From Thermoproteota archaeon (GTDB lineage Archaea > Thermoproteota > Thermoprotei > Thermofilales > B9-G17), in assembly GCA_029258885.1 (NCBI GenBank), contig JAPDJW010000005.1:1-12268 (forward strand): a DNA stretch of 12,268 bases. Direction: 5' to 3'. The position numbers and the translations under genes were made by a program. Each line of letters begins with the position of its first letter. Position 1 is the first letter of the stretch. Shown piece after piece: positions 1 to 7,383 of this stretch. The notes beneath the pieces were generated by a model, which saw nothing but the letters and a program-made list of their open reading frames with translations, was not told the DNA's origin and searched no databases.

Positions 1-105
1 ACAATTACGTTAGAACTCATTTAAGCTTAGGTTTTCCGCCTTTAGGCTTAAAGCCGCTGGATGAGTTTGCTAGATTATGCTGGCTCGTATGTGAGGTGAT
101 GCATA

Positions 106-138
106 TTGCATAAAGTTGTCAGCACCGGGAGAGAGTAA
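106..138 (+). pseudogene. Collapsed antitoxin (VapB-like) remnant, MHKVVSTGRE*
   Basis: GGTGA (95-99), 6-nt spacer, then TTG CAT AAA: the same RBS, spacing and first three codons as the intact antitoxin at 2293. The 10-codon ORF stops (TAA 136-138) just before the PIN motif IVLYDTS, the usual antitoxin/toxin arrangement. Confidence 0.4.
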
Positions 139-426
139 AATAGTTTTATACGACACAAGTATAGTCATAGAGAAAGTTAAGAAAAGGGAGGAAATTCACG
201 GAATTATATCGGCAGTAACTATAGTAGAGTTCCCAGCGATACTAAGATATATTCTTCCTTTTAGCATGCAGGTTGCAGGAAGAACTTATGAAACTGGAAA
301 AACTAAAGAATTAGCTGATCTTCTCGTAGCTGCAATATGTATAAACAGGAGAGAGAAATTAATTACAAAGGATAAGGATTCTTGGATATAAAGGATGTAT
401 CTGAGTTAGAGGTAGAAGTTAGATAG
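116..426 (+). pseudogene. vapC: VapC/PIN-domain ribonuclease toxin, multiply frameshifted
   Basis: PIN motifs IVLYDTS, TIVEFP, ADLLVAAICINR and LITKDKD are in the track frame. The expected helix FLLACRLQEELMK is in the +1 frame (255-293) and the natural tail LDIKDVSELEVEVR* is in another frame (382-426), so there are at least three indels. Confidence 0.8.
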
Positions 427-473
427 CTTACCTTCAGATCCAAACCTACGTTATAACTAAAAGCTTTTCACAT

Positions 474-492
474 TTATCTAACATATAGATAA
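474..492. repeat. Perfect 7-bp inverted repeat TTATCTA-N5-TAGATAA
   Basis: Read directly in the intergenic DNA upstream of the radical SAM gene; function unknown. Confidence 0.5.
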
Positions 493-587
493 GGTGCCGT
501 TTACAGAGAATTAAACTTGCCTAGATCGTCAAGTATAATACGTTATCATTCTAATTATTAGCAGTATAAAGGTTTTCGGGGATTAAG

Positions 588-1460
588 GTGGTAAGGGAGG
601 TTTACGCTAGAACTATTCTGAATAGGCATAGGAGGCGTGATGAGTGGTTCCTAGACGACTACTCCGTAAACCCGTATCAGCTCTGTGACTTCAACTGTAT
701 TTACTGCTATATTCGAGGAAGCAAGTATGGGGAGAATATGAGGCATGGATTAGCGGTAAAAATCAATGCCCCTACGCTCCTCAGGAGGGAGTTGGCGAGG
801 AGGGCTAGCAAGGGGGAGTATGGATTCATTGCTTTAAGCTCGGCAACCGAGCCGTGGATGCATATCGAGGAAAAATATGAGGTAACTAGGAGGTGTCTAG
901 AGGTTATAGCTAAGCTGAGGTTTCCTGTCCACTGCCTAACGAAATCCACGTTAATTCTAAGAGACCTGGATCTACTTGAAGAAATAGATATAGGTGCTGT
1001 TCTGCCGAGCGATCTCGTTAAGATAGGGCATGGAGTATTCATAACGTTCTCCCTATCAACACTCGATGAAAAGATCGCAGAAATTTTTGAGCCATATGCC
1101 CCAAGGCCTAAGGAGAGGCTTGAGACACTACAGAAGGTTAGGGAGGAGGGCTTCCATGCTGGAGTAGCATACATCCCAGTCCTACCCTTCATATCAGACT
1201 CAAATAAGCAATTGGAGGAAATGGTGAAGACTGCCAAGGAGTTTCAGGCAGACTACATCTTCGTGGGGGCTTTAACACTCTACGGGGTAGGGAAGAAGCT
1301 CTACTATAAAGTTCTGGAGAAGATTTTCCCTGAGCTCGTGCCGAAGTATAAGCGGCTTTTCAGGATATCCAATCAGCCTTATCGAAGCTACCAACTGAAG
1401 CTCGAGGAAAAGGCTAGAAAGCTCTGTGAGAAGCTAGGAGTAAGATACAGGATTCTGTGA
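588..1460 (+). CDS. Radical SAM protein, spore photoproduct lyase (SplB)-like / COG1533-type
   Basis: NPYQLCDFNCIYCY contains the CxxxCxxC motif. ALSSATEPW, HCLTKS and FSLSTLD..FEPYAPRPKERL match the SPL-like family pattern. GGGGA RBS lies 5 nt before the GTG. Confidence 0.9.
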   Translation: MVREVYARTILNRHRRRDEWFLDDYSVNPYQLCDFNCIYCYIRGSKYGENMRHGLAVKINAPTLLRRELARRASKGEYGFIALSSATEPWMHIEEKYEVTRRCLEVIAKLRFPVHCLTKSTLILRDLDLLEEIDIGAVLPSDLVKIGHGVFITFSLSTLDEKIAEIFEPYAPRPKERLETLQKVREEGFHAGVAYIPVLPFISDSNKQLEEMVKTAKEFQADYIFVGALTLYGVGKKLYYKVLEKIFPELVPKYKRLFRISNQPYRSYQLKLEEKARKLCEKLGVRYRIL

Positions 1461-1466
1461 GCCAAT

Positions 1467-2136
1467 ATGGACGTGGAGGAGCTGGCATATACGTTATATC
1501 TGAAGTTCAGGAAGGGGGATCTAGAGGGCTTCAAAAATGTGCTCATAAAAAGTCTAGAGAATGAAAGAACGGAGAAGCTAAGGCTCGTGAAAACCTCGGT
1601 ATTAAACTCGGTCGGCAGGGAGTTCGGGAAGCTCATCGCTGAGGAGGATTGGTTTCAGAGGATGTTGAATCTATGGAGGATTTCGCTAGGCTGTAGGGAG
1701 GGCAGGGAGATAAGATACATAGTCATTAATGCGTTAGGCGTAATCTCCAGGAGAAACTTGAATAGGCATAGCGTTAAGAGTTATTGTAAACCTTGCAAGA
1801 CAAAATAGGAGAGAGGTATTCCAGCTGCTTAAGGAATGGATGTCCTCGAACAATAAGTGGGTAAGGAGGCGCGCCATGGCGTCAATAGCCACCTACATTA
1901 GAGCTAAGCCAGATGATGCAGAGTATTGCCTAAAAATCGTGGAGAATCTTATGGAGGAAGAGGATAAGAATGTAAGGAAGGCATTCGCCTGGGCTCTAAG
2001 GGAGATATCCAAGAGAGACCCTGAGGCAGTCTATAATTTCCTGATAAAATATGCTAGCTCTCAAAACAGGAACACGAAATGGATAGTAAGGAGTGGTTCT
2101 AGAAAGCTTCCTAAAAACTTAAAAATAAAAACCTAG
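1467..2136 (+). pseudogene. AlkD-like DNA alkylation repair / HEAT-repeat protein, split by a frameshift
   Basis: ORFs 1467-1808 and 1840-2136 are two halves of one gene. The second frame is open back to 1762 (IGIALRVIVNLARQNRREVFQLLKEWMSSNNKWVRRRA) and carries the HEAT/AlkD signature EDKNVRKAFAWALREISKRDPEAVYNFL. The frame switch is near 1755-1765. Confidence 0.75.
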
Positions 2137-2240
2137 CAATAGATACGTTTCATCGTTGATATGAAGATACCAATTATCGGTATGTCTTATAATATGGGGT
2201 TTCTTTAAGAATATAGTGTGTATATAATATGATAGGCTTT

Positions 2241-2267
2241 TTCTAGAAATATTTATATATTCTAGAA
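2241..2267 (+). promoter_or_regulatory. TATA box flanked by twin TTCTAGAA palindromes (putative autoregulatory operator)
   Basis: TTCTAGAA (2241-2248), then TTTATATA (2252-2259), then TTCTAGAA (2260-2267). GGTGA RBS at 2282-2286. Confidence 0.6.
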
Positions 2268-2292
2268 TCGTTCGATCTTATGGTGAATGTAG

Positions 2293-2532
2293 TTGCATAA
2301 AATTAGGGTTGGGGAAAAGGGTGTTATCTACCTGCCGATAAGTATTAGGAGGAAGCTCGGGATAGAGCGTGGAGGTGAACTGATAGTATCGGTTAAGGAG
2401 GATTATGTAGTTCTAAAGCCTATAAAAACAGTATTCAAGATTGGTGCGGAATCGGAGAAGATAACAGAAATAACAGTTGAGGAATTTGAAAGGGAGTCAG
2501 AGGAATATCAAAGGATGATGTATGAAGAATAG
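2293..2532 (+). CDS. vapB: AbrB/MazE/SpoVT-family antitoxin
   Basis: KIRVGEKGVIYLPISIRRKLGIERGGELIVSV is the swapped-hairpin AbrB motif, with an acidic C-terminus. It overlaps the downstream PIN gene by 11 nt. Confidence 0.88.
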   Translation: MHKIRVGEKGVIYLPISIRRKLGIERGGELIVSVKEDYVVLKPIKTVFKIGAESEKITEITVEEFERESEEYQRMMYEE

Positions 2533-2998
2533 TATAAGAATTTTAGTTGATTCAACATATATTCTGCCTGCATTTAAGATTGGAGTAGAGGGAGTAACTG
2601 TAAAGGATCTATTGTTTCTAGATAGGATGTATAGGACTGGAAAGGCTATATTCTACTACACGGATATAGTTTGGATCGAGATATTGCCAAAGGTTATCAA
2701 GGAGTATAGGAAACTAGGCCTAAGAATTAGTGTGGAGAAGATAGGAGAAGTAGTGTTGTCCTTAAAAGCTACGTTTAGACGAGCTAACGTGGGATCTAAG
2801 GCTTTAGAAAAAGCATTAGAGTTAAAATTGCTGGGACATAGAGATATGATAGATAACCTACTATATGGTATAGCGTGGGAGAATAACCTATATTTGCTTA
2901 CACTAGATTCTTCGTTTAAAAGCTTCCTTAAGGAGAATGGCCAAAGATACGAATTCTTAATTCACCATAATCAGCTAGAAAAATTAATTTTAGAATAG
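2522..2998 (+). CDS. vapC: VapC/PIN-domain toxin (intact)
   Basis: The acidic PIN residues are present: ILVDSTY, VWIEIL, DMIDNLLYGIA and LLTLD. Translationally coupled to the AbrB gene. Confidence 0.88.
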   Translation: MKNSIRILVDSTYILPAFKIGVEGVTVKDLLFLDRMYRTGKAIFYYTDIVWIEILPKVIKEYRKLGLRISVEKIGEVVLSLKATFRRANVGSKALEKALELKLLGHRDMIDNLLYGIAWENNLYLLTLDSSFKSFLKENGQRYEFLIHHNQLEKLILE

Positions 2999-3080
2999 TT
3001 AGCTATAAGGAGGCATAGTTCTTAACTACCTTTAAGATAACGTAAATTAAAGTATAAAAATAGGGTATTTAATAATAGAT

Positions 3081-3812
3081 CTACTTTATCTCCGTTAGGG
3101 CTTTTAACGCTGTTTTCAGGGCTTTTTCCTCGAAATCCCTTATCTCATCAAGTTTCATAGCTGTGCCATCTTCAAGGTTATCGATAACCATTAGGACTGC
3201 AGCGGCTCTGAAACCCCTAAGCCGGGCTAAAGTAAAGAGTGTTGCACACTCCATCTCAACGCCAATAATATTAAGTTTCCTCCATCTCCTAGAGTATTCC
3301 TCCTCAGCATGGAAGGCATCACTTGAAGCAACAAGACCCCTAAACACCTTAAATCTATCCATCCTAAACCTACGTTCAAAAGCTAGCGTTAAATCAAGAT
3401 CAGGAACAGCAGGGTAACATGTATTGCCGACGTACATACCAATGGTGCCGCCTCTCTCATACGCTGCTCCCACGGGCACAATAACGCTTCCAAGAATGAT
3501 CTCCCTCTTTAATCCACCGCAGGTTCCAAGCCTAACAATAACCTCGGCGCCGAGCATCTTAAGCTCCTCAAAAACAATGGCAGCCGATGGACCACCTATC
3601 CCATGCGCAGCAACACTAACCCTAACACCATTAAAGAATCCAGTATATACTGGAAAACCTCTCCTACCGCTGGCGAGCTTAACGTCCTCGAGAAGCTTCG
3701 ACGCCTCTTTAACCCTATCCGGATCCCCCATTACAAGTATCCTATCGGCCACGTCTTCAGGCCTAGCAGTAATATGATACGGAACCTTAGCTAAAACATG
3801 CTTCGACTCCAT
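3081..3812 (-). CDS. deoD: Purine/methylthioadenosine nucleoside phosphorylase, DeoD-type (PNP_UDP_1)
   Basis: Motifs GDPDR, GIGGPSAAIVFEEL, RLGTCG, SSDAFHAE and VEMECATLF; closely resembles crenarchaeal hexameric PNP/MTAP-I. Confidence 0.92.
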   Translation of the reverse strand: MESKHVLAKVPYHITARPEDVADRILVMGDPDRVKEASKLLEDVKLASGRRGFPVYTGFFNGVRVSVAAHGIGGPSAAIVFEELKMLGAEVIVRLGTCGGLKREIILGSVIVPVGAAYERGGTIGMYVGNTCYPAVPDLDLTLAFERRFRMDRFKVFRGLVASSDAFHAEEEYSRRWRKLNIIGVEMECATLFTLARLRGFRAAAVLMVIDNLEDGTAMKLDEIRDFEEKALKTALKALTEIK

Positions 3813-3899
3813 GACAAATAATAATGATTGTAAGATATTTTACCTTTTAACCTAAACGCCAATATTACTGCCTGTGGTAAGTAGTTTCTTCTCAATATG

Positions 3900-3916
3900 A
3901 TCATTATATTAATGAT
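3900..3916. repeat. Perfect 7-bp inverted repeat ATCATTA-TAT-TAATGAT
   Basis: Read directly in the AT-rich divergent intergenic region; candidate repressor operator. Confidence 0.45.
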
Positions 3917-4200
3917 AAAGGGAGAATTTAGAAAACCTTGGGGAAACGAGAATATATTTAGATATACTCTGCATTTTATCCGTTAAACTATAGATTTTTC
4001 ATCTCAATCCTATAAAAACTAGAAATATGTATATATACCGAGATGCATTATAATAATTGGTGTAAATAAAGTGTCCAATAGGAGAGTTATAGAAGTCTAC
4101 TTATTAACCATGCTGGAATCACCAATTACGAAGATCTTAACAATAGTTAGTGCGTGTGTGAACTTTAATGTGAAAACTATTGAATATTCTGGGTGAGAGT

Positions 4201-5097
4201 ATGTCCCGAATTATGCAAGTAATCTTGCTTATAGTGATTGCGGGGATCGTATTATTTTCTCCTGTAATCGCTTCAAAGTATGTTTCGGTACCGTTCTGGC
4301 TTAGAGAGGGAACCTATGCCTTATATAAAGTCCATATTTACAAAATAATGTTTCTTAACAATACTCAGATATGTTTTGAATCTCCTATAGGTGAGGGCTC
4401 CTATTTACTATGGAGAATACTTGACTTAAACAATACGCATGCAACTTTTGAGGTACTGCTTAATATAGAGCTTCGGAATACGAAGATTAAGGTGATTAGG
4501 AATTTTAGCCTTAAGGATTCTGAGGAGAGAATCTATACTAGCGGTTTTATAAGAATAGAAAGTCAGGCTATTGTCAATATACTTACGAGGGAAGTATTCG
4601 TTAATGGGGAAAAAGTAGGGAGTACGGGGCTGTGGATACCATCTAATTTGCTTTTCAACGGAATAAAAGTTAGGGTAGGGGAAGTTTACGAGGGCATCAA
4701 TATTAGAGGAGTATTGAGGGGGCCATGTGTCATTAAAACTAGTAGTGGCTGTGTGTACGCGTATATCTATGAATTTGATAAGGAGGATGAGTTAACGATA
4801 TATAGGTATGAAATAGAGCTAACTAACGTTAAAATCGGAAAAATATATGGTAATATCTGCAAGGTAATTAACATCACATATGATCCAGAGGAAAACATTA
4901 CATTCATTCATTTACAATACATTAATACTCACAAGGGCATTACCATAGGCAGGAAGGGGTACTGGCTAAATAACCTAACGAACCTCGGCGTTTTTGTAAT
5001 TACCGGATATAAAGGTAATGCTCTACAAAGCTCATATTGCTATGACCCAATTTCAGGACTTGCAGTAAAGGCTTCATTTTTTTATAGCAGGCGGTGA
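4201..5097 (+). CDS. Secreted/cell-surface protein of unknown function, N-terminal part
   Basis: GGTGA RBS (4192-4196) precedes ATG 4201, favouring it over TTG 4180. Hydrophobic signal segment VILLIVIAGIVLFSPVIA, then PFWLREGTYALY, a beta-rich body and several N-x-T/S sequons. Ends just after the T7 tract. Confidence 0.7.
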   Translation: MSRIMQVILLIVIAGIVLFSPVIASKYVSVPFWLREGTYALYKVHIYKIMFLNNTQICFESPIGEGSYLLWRILDLNNTHATFEVLLNIELRNTKIKVIRNFSLKDSEERIYTSGFIRIESQAIVNILTREVFVNGEKVGSTGLWIPSNLLFNGIKVRVGEVYEGINIRGVLRGPCVIKTSSGCVYAYIYEFDKEDELTIYRYEIELTNVKIGKIYGNICKVINITYDPEENITFIHLQYINTHKGITIGRKGYWLNNLTNLGVFVITGYKGNALQSSYCYDPISGLAVKASFFYSRR

Positions 5098-5311
5098 AAA
5101 GCCTCGGGAGATGATGTGCGGAGACGGCCTAACTGCCGCACTCAGAATAAAGGTGTTTGAAGCACGTATAGAGCTTACGAAAACAAACATACCCTTGTTA
5201 ACGGATGAAATCATGTGGAGAATGAAGTTTTTCGGTATTTCAGTAATATCAATAGTATTCTTCAGCCTAACAAGCTGTAAAAAGAAAAACGGAAAATCTA
5301 TGATGAATTAG
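5069..5311 (+). pseudogene. C-terminal continuation (membrane anchor) of the 4201 protein, out of frame by one T
   Basis: This frame is open from 5069. Removing one T from the T7 run (5077-5083) gives ...ASFFIAGGEKPREMMCG...FFGISVISIVFFSLTSCKKKNGK, a TM helix followed by a basic stop-transfer tail. Confidence 0.65.
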
Positions 5312-5371
5312 TAATCTTCTTCCTATTTTTATTAACATTAAAGTATTTCCGAAACTTAAATTTTAAATCAA

Positions 5372-6520
5372 TTATTTTGATCTTTTGAAAGCCTTAATAT
5401 AGATGTCCTTTACCTCCTCTAGGGTGGGCTTCCTTGGGGAATTACTCAGGTTACGCTCGTACCTGTGTGAAGCCTCAACCATTTTATCCAAGTCGTTAAA
5501 CGGTATACCGAGCTCCGTAAGGGAGGTGGGTATATTACACTCCTTCATGAGCCTAAGTATGCTTTCAACGAGACCTGAAACATCCTCAATGCTTTCTCCA
5601 GTTGAGAAGGATACAACTTTAGCTAGACGCTGAAATTTATCCGGCTCAACTAGGGAGCAGAATTCAACAGCCCACGGGAGAATTAATGCATTAGCTAGAC
5701 CGTGATGTAGATTATAGTCTGTGGTAAGATAGTATCCTAGTCCATGGGCGATATTTGTACCGGAAATATTTATGGCGAAGCCTGCAAGCATGCTAGCGTA
5801 AAATACCTTCTCCCTCGAATTTGGATCTCCTCTAACGGCGTCCGGTAGATGTTGAAATATGATTTCGATAGCCTTAAACGAGTAGAGTTCAGTCAATACG
5901 TTGCTCCTACGGCCGAAGTAGGATTCGAATGCATGGGATAAGGCGTCGAAACCAGTCCATCCGGTAAGCTCGGGAGACATGTGCTTGAGAACGCCTGGAT
6001 CAAGCAACGCAACCTTAGGTATTAGAGGCTCACCTACAATAACAGTCTTAACGTTGGAGTCATCTATTAGAACTGAGTACTTAGTAACCTCACTTCCAGT
6101 TCCAGCGGTAGTAGGCATAGCTATAATAGGATGTATTTCATCCTCGACTATGGTTGGGTAGACGTAGTCCTGAACATCTCCGCCTAGCGAATAGACGACG
6201 GATATAGCCTTAGCTGCATCCATAGCACTGCCACCGCCGAATGCAACAAATACATCGATGCCCCTCCTCTTAGCCTCGGAAACACCCTCCCTAACGTTAT
6301 CGAAGGTTGGGTTAGGAATAACTCTATCGAAGACGTACACCGTTAAGCCACTCTCTTCGAGGAGCCCCTTAATCCTATCGATATAGCCGTATCTACGGGC
6401 AAACCTCCTGCCAGTTACAAGCATAACGTTATCTCCAAGCTTTGAGGCATACTCACCGACCATATCGATAGCATTATCCTTAAAGATTACAGTACCCGGA
6501 TGATAAAACCTAAACTCCAT
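5372..6520 (-). CDS. Iron-containing (type III) alcohol dehydrogenase
   Basis: GGGSAMDAAK, PTTAGTGSE, DALSHAFESY and the metal-ligand histidines in AHGLG...HHGLANA. Start moved to ATG 6520 (MEFRFYHPGTVIF), the typical family N-terminus, which avoids overlap with the divergent gene. Confidence 0.93.
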   Translation of the reverse strand: MEFRFYHPGTVIFKDNAIDMVGEYASKLGDNVMLVTGRRFARRYGYIDRIKGLLEESGLTVYVFDRVIPNPTFDNVREGVSEAKRRGIDVFVAFGGGSAMDAAKAISVVYSLGGDVQDYVYPTIVEDEIHPIIAMPTTAGTGSEVTKYSVLIDDSNVKTVIVGEPLIPKVALLDPGVLKHMSPELTGWTGFDALSHAFESYFGRRSNVLTELYSFKAIEIIFQHLPDAVRGDPNSREKVFYASMLAGFAINISGTNIAHGLGYYLTTDYNLHHGLANALILPWAVEFCSLVEPDKFQRLAKVVSFSTGESIEDVSGLVESILRLMKECNIPTSLTELGIPFNDLDKMVEASHRYERNLSNSPRKPTLEEVKDIYIKAFKRSK

Positions 6521-6572
6521 ACATACATGCAGTATTAAACCCTTAAATAAGCTTAAAGACAAGATACTCCAC
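6521..6572. promoter_or_regulatory. Compact 52-bp bidirectional promoter
   Basis: TTAAATAA (6543-6550) lies 22 nt before ATG 6573, and minus-strand TTTAAG (6547-6542) lies 21 nt before ATG 6520. Neither gene has an obvious SD. Confidence 0.55.
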
Positions 6573-7313
6573 ATGGAGGAGCTAACCAGAGAGGAGCTGG
6601 AGAGATACGATAGGCAGCTGAGAATATGGGGAGAAGAAGCTCAACTTAAACTAAAGAAGGCATCAATATTAATAGTAGGGTTAGGGGGACTTGGGTCACC
6701 AGCAGCAATATACCTAGCGGCGGCTGGAGTGGGACGACTAATACTTGTAGACGATGAAATAGTGGAATTGAGCAATCTAAATAGACAGATATTATACGAT
6801 GAAACGGATATAGGGAAGCCGAAGGTAGATGTAGCAGTCAAGAAGCTGAACAAGTTAAATAGAAACGTCGAAATAATAGCCTTCAAGGACAAGCTTACCG
6901 AGGAAAATGCTGAGCAATTAATCTCAATGGCAGACATAGTGCTGGATGGAACAGACAACTGGAAAACGAGATTCATAATGAATAAGACATGCGTAAAGCT
7001 AGGGAAAACATACGTATATGCAGGAGTAGAAGGCCTATACGGTCAACTAATGATAATAAAACCAGACGAAGGACCATGTCTAAACTGTATAATACCGAAA
7101 CCGCCGCCAGAAAAGGAATGCATACCCGCATTAGGATCAGCAGTAGCAGTGGTAAGCCTGCTGGAAGTAAATGAAGCAATAAAATTGATTACAAACATTG
7201 GAAAGCCAGCCGTAGGATACATGTTAATATATGACGCAATAGAGCAATCAATAAACAAAATAAAAGTAAAGAAAAGAGAAAATTGTTCAATCTGCGGTAA
7301 ACAGACGTTTTAG
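6573..7313 (+). CDS. ThiF/MoeB/HesA-family adenylyltransferase (E1-like, UbaA/ELSA-type)
   Basis: RYDRQL, GLGGLG, DDEIVELSNLNRQ, DGTDN and two Zn-binding CxxC motifs (CLNC, CSIC); no rhodanese domain. Confidence 0.93.
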   Translation: MEELTREELERYDRQLRIWGEEAQLKLKKASILIVGLGGLGSPAAIYLAAAGVGRLILVDDEIVELSNLNRQILYDETDIGKPKVDVAVKKLNKLNRNVEIIAFKDKLTEENAEQLISMADIVLDGTDNWKTRFIMNKTCVKLGKTYVYAGVEGLYGQLMIIKPDEGPCLNCIIPKPPPEKECIPALGSAVAVVSLLEVNEAIKLITNIGKPAVGYMLIYDAIEQSINKIKVKKRENCSICGKQTF

Positions 7314-7356
7314 TCAATAACCACTTATCTCTCAGGACTTTTCAATAGTTGATTAG

Positions 7357-7383
7357 AGTCTCCATAAATTTATGGGGCTTTTT
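7357..7383. terminator. Palindrome plus T-tract between convergent genes
   Basis: Perfect 14-bp palindrome CCATAAATTTATGG (7362-7375), extendable with a G-T pair and a bulge, followed by TTTTT (7379-7383). Confidence 0.5.

Noticed and set aside
3-113. Open frame at the window start (NYVRTHLSLGFPPLGLKPLDEFARLCWLVCEVMHIA*)
   Set aside because: Too short, truncated by the window edge and without a recognisable motif.
707-1636. Minus-strand ORFs 707-1237 and 1388-1636
   Set aside because: Antisense shadows of the radical SAM and AlkD-like genes; Ser-rich with no motifs.
2163-2188. Imperfect hairpin AAGATACC...GGTATGTCTT after the AlkD-like gene
   Set aside because: Bulged and weak; cannot be distinguished from chance.
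3163-3794. Plus-strand ORFs 3163-3417, 3424-3777 and 3603-3794
   Set aside because: Antisense to the well-supported nucleoside phosphorylase.
5403-6161. Plus-strand ORFs 5403-5633 and 5979-6161
   Set aside because: Antisense shadows of the ADH gene.
6521-6574. 18-aa N-terminal extension of ADH in the ORF track
   Set aside because: It overlaps the ThiF start and covers the promoter; the family-like sequence begins at MEFRF (6520).
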